Below are positions 62,854 through 64,000 of a DNA stretch of 64,000 bases, piece by piece. Numbering within the stretch: the stretch's first letter is position 1; every line of letters starts with the position of its first letter. Source of the DNA: Raja brachyura (taxonomy: Eukaryota); NCBI GenBank assembly GCA_963514005.1, contig OY740796.1, positions 36,208,001 to 36,272,000 of the forward strand. The letters run 5' to 3'. The position numbers and the translations under genes were made by a program. The notes under the pieces are model-generated. The model saw only the letters and a program-made list of their open reading frames with translations, was not told where the DNA came from and did not search any database.

Positions 62854-64000
62854 CTATATTCCAACCACAGGAAGGCACAAACACGTTTTAAATGAATAAA
62901 TAAATTAATTATTAATACTATAGCAATAAATATTTTTGAAATTAGCTTATTTGAGGTTAGGGGTAAGATTAGTTGTTGTAAAGGTAAATTCAGAATAGCA
63001 AATTCTATTGTGTAGGTTGCTCAAAAGATTTCCAACATGAAATGAAAACTTAGGTATTCAAGTATTCACAACATTCACAAAATGAGGAGCTGGGGGGAAA
63101 AAGAGCAACATCTTTTATCAGAGAGCTAAATTACTTGGAAAAGAGAGGAAGACATAAGCTTGATTCAATACCTTATTTGTTTGAATGGATAGTATTATGT
63201 GACTGGTCATACATTGGGATTCTGGTGAACAAATGTAAATCCCACACAGACCTACTCAGTCGTGGCAAACATGCATTGGTAGCACCAAATTTCTTAAGAA
63301 TTATGAAAAATGGTAAACAATTATTCTTTTTACTAAATAACTTATGATGGGGAAAAGTCAGATAATTTAACCCTGGATTAACCATCCCACACCATAAGGT
63401 CATGAATGTAAGTTCACAGCATATTGCAACATGGATCAAACACAGCACAATCTGCGAAGAAGTTTGCACAGTCTTTGAATATCATGTAATAGCATCACTT
63501 TCTTTACACCTCCTAGTCTCCAATAGCTTGCTTCATTAAATACAATTCTGATTAGCAACAATAGTTTATATATCCCATTGACACTGAATCCCAAGACGTT
63601 GAAGCATCCTGCTGAGATTGCATTTAACATGGAAAATGATACATATGTTGGAGGCATCGTGGAGTAGAGTATCTTGTGCATTCAGACGTGGGGAATGGAG
63701 CTTTCATAATTATCATCTGAACCACCTTTTCTCCTGAAGGTGTTAAAAATAGCTGCTCCACGTGGAAAACCTTGCAGTGTGATACTTTCATTCATATGTA
63801 CAATAGTCTGAGGTGACTGAATTCTGACTTAGTAATCAATGCTCTGACATGCCTCAGCATAATTATTTGCAAATATAATGGGTGACCTTTTTCTTGGTGC
63901 ACAAAAAAGTACCAACCTTTTTTACATTTTAGGCAGATAGCCATAACATTTTCATGCCAAGTACAACCATCAAATAACTTATGCTATATACTTTGCACAG

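Noticed and set aside
63436-63681. 81-aa minus-strand ORF as a BSN exon
   Set aside because: No resemblance to Bassoon and no convincing splice-site pair.

Overview
Eukaryotic, repeat-dense vertebrate DNA. The repeat set (CR1 and Rex1/Babar LINEs, V-SINEs, Penelope-like elements, Tc1) is typical of a cartilaginous fish, probably a skate or ray; this taxon call is inference. The only host gene I can support is the 3' end of Bassoon (BSN) on the minus strand: three spliced coding exons (56790-56865, 51751-51849, 50192-50232) ending in ...KMLPGGAAEQAGKLTE-GIASFGRKLTSFW*. The rest is intron, 3' UTR or intergenic sequence filled with decayed and nested mobile elements, plus one assembly gap. The most interesting observations are: (1) two copies of a DNA transposon with TAG..CTA termini and 7-bp target-site duplications (TSDs), one retaining a Spindlin/Tudor-like coding remnant; (2) many Penelope-linked minimal hammerhead-ribozyme-like motifs, several in fold-back arrangements; (3) a Piccolo-PDZ-like relic in the Bassoon tail and a possible alternative last exon; (4) a templated-insertion repair scar copied from the neighbouring Tc1; (5) nested fold-back MITEs. 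All protein similarities were judged by eye from remembered sequences; no searches were run. Boundaries of decayed repeats are approximate.
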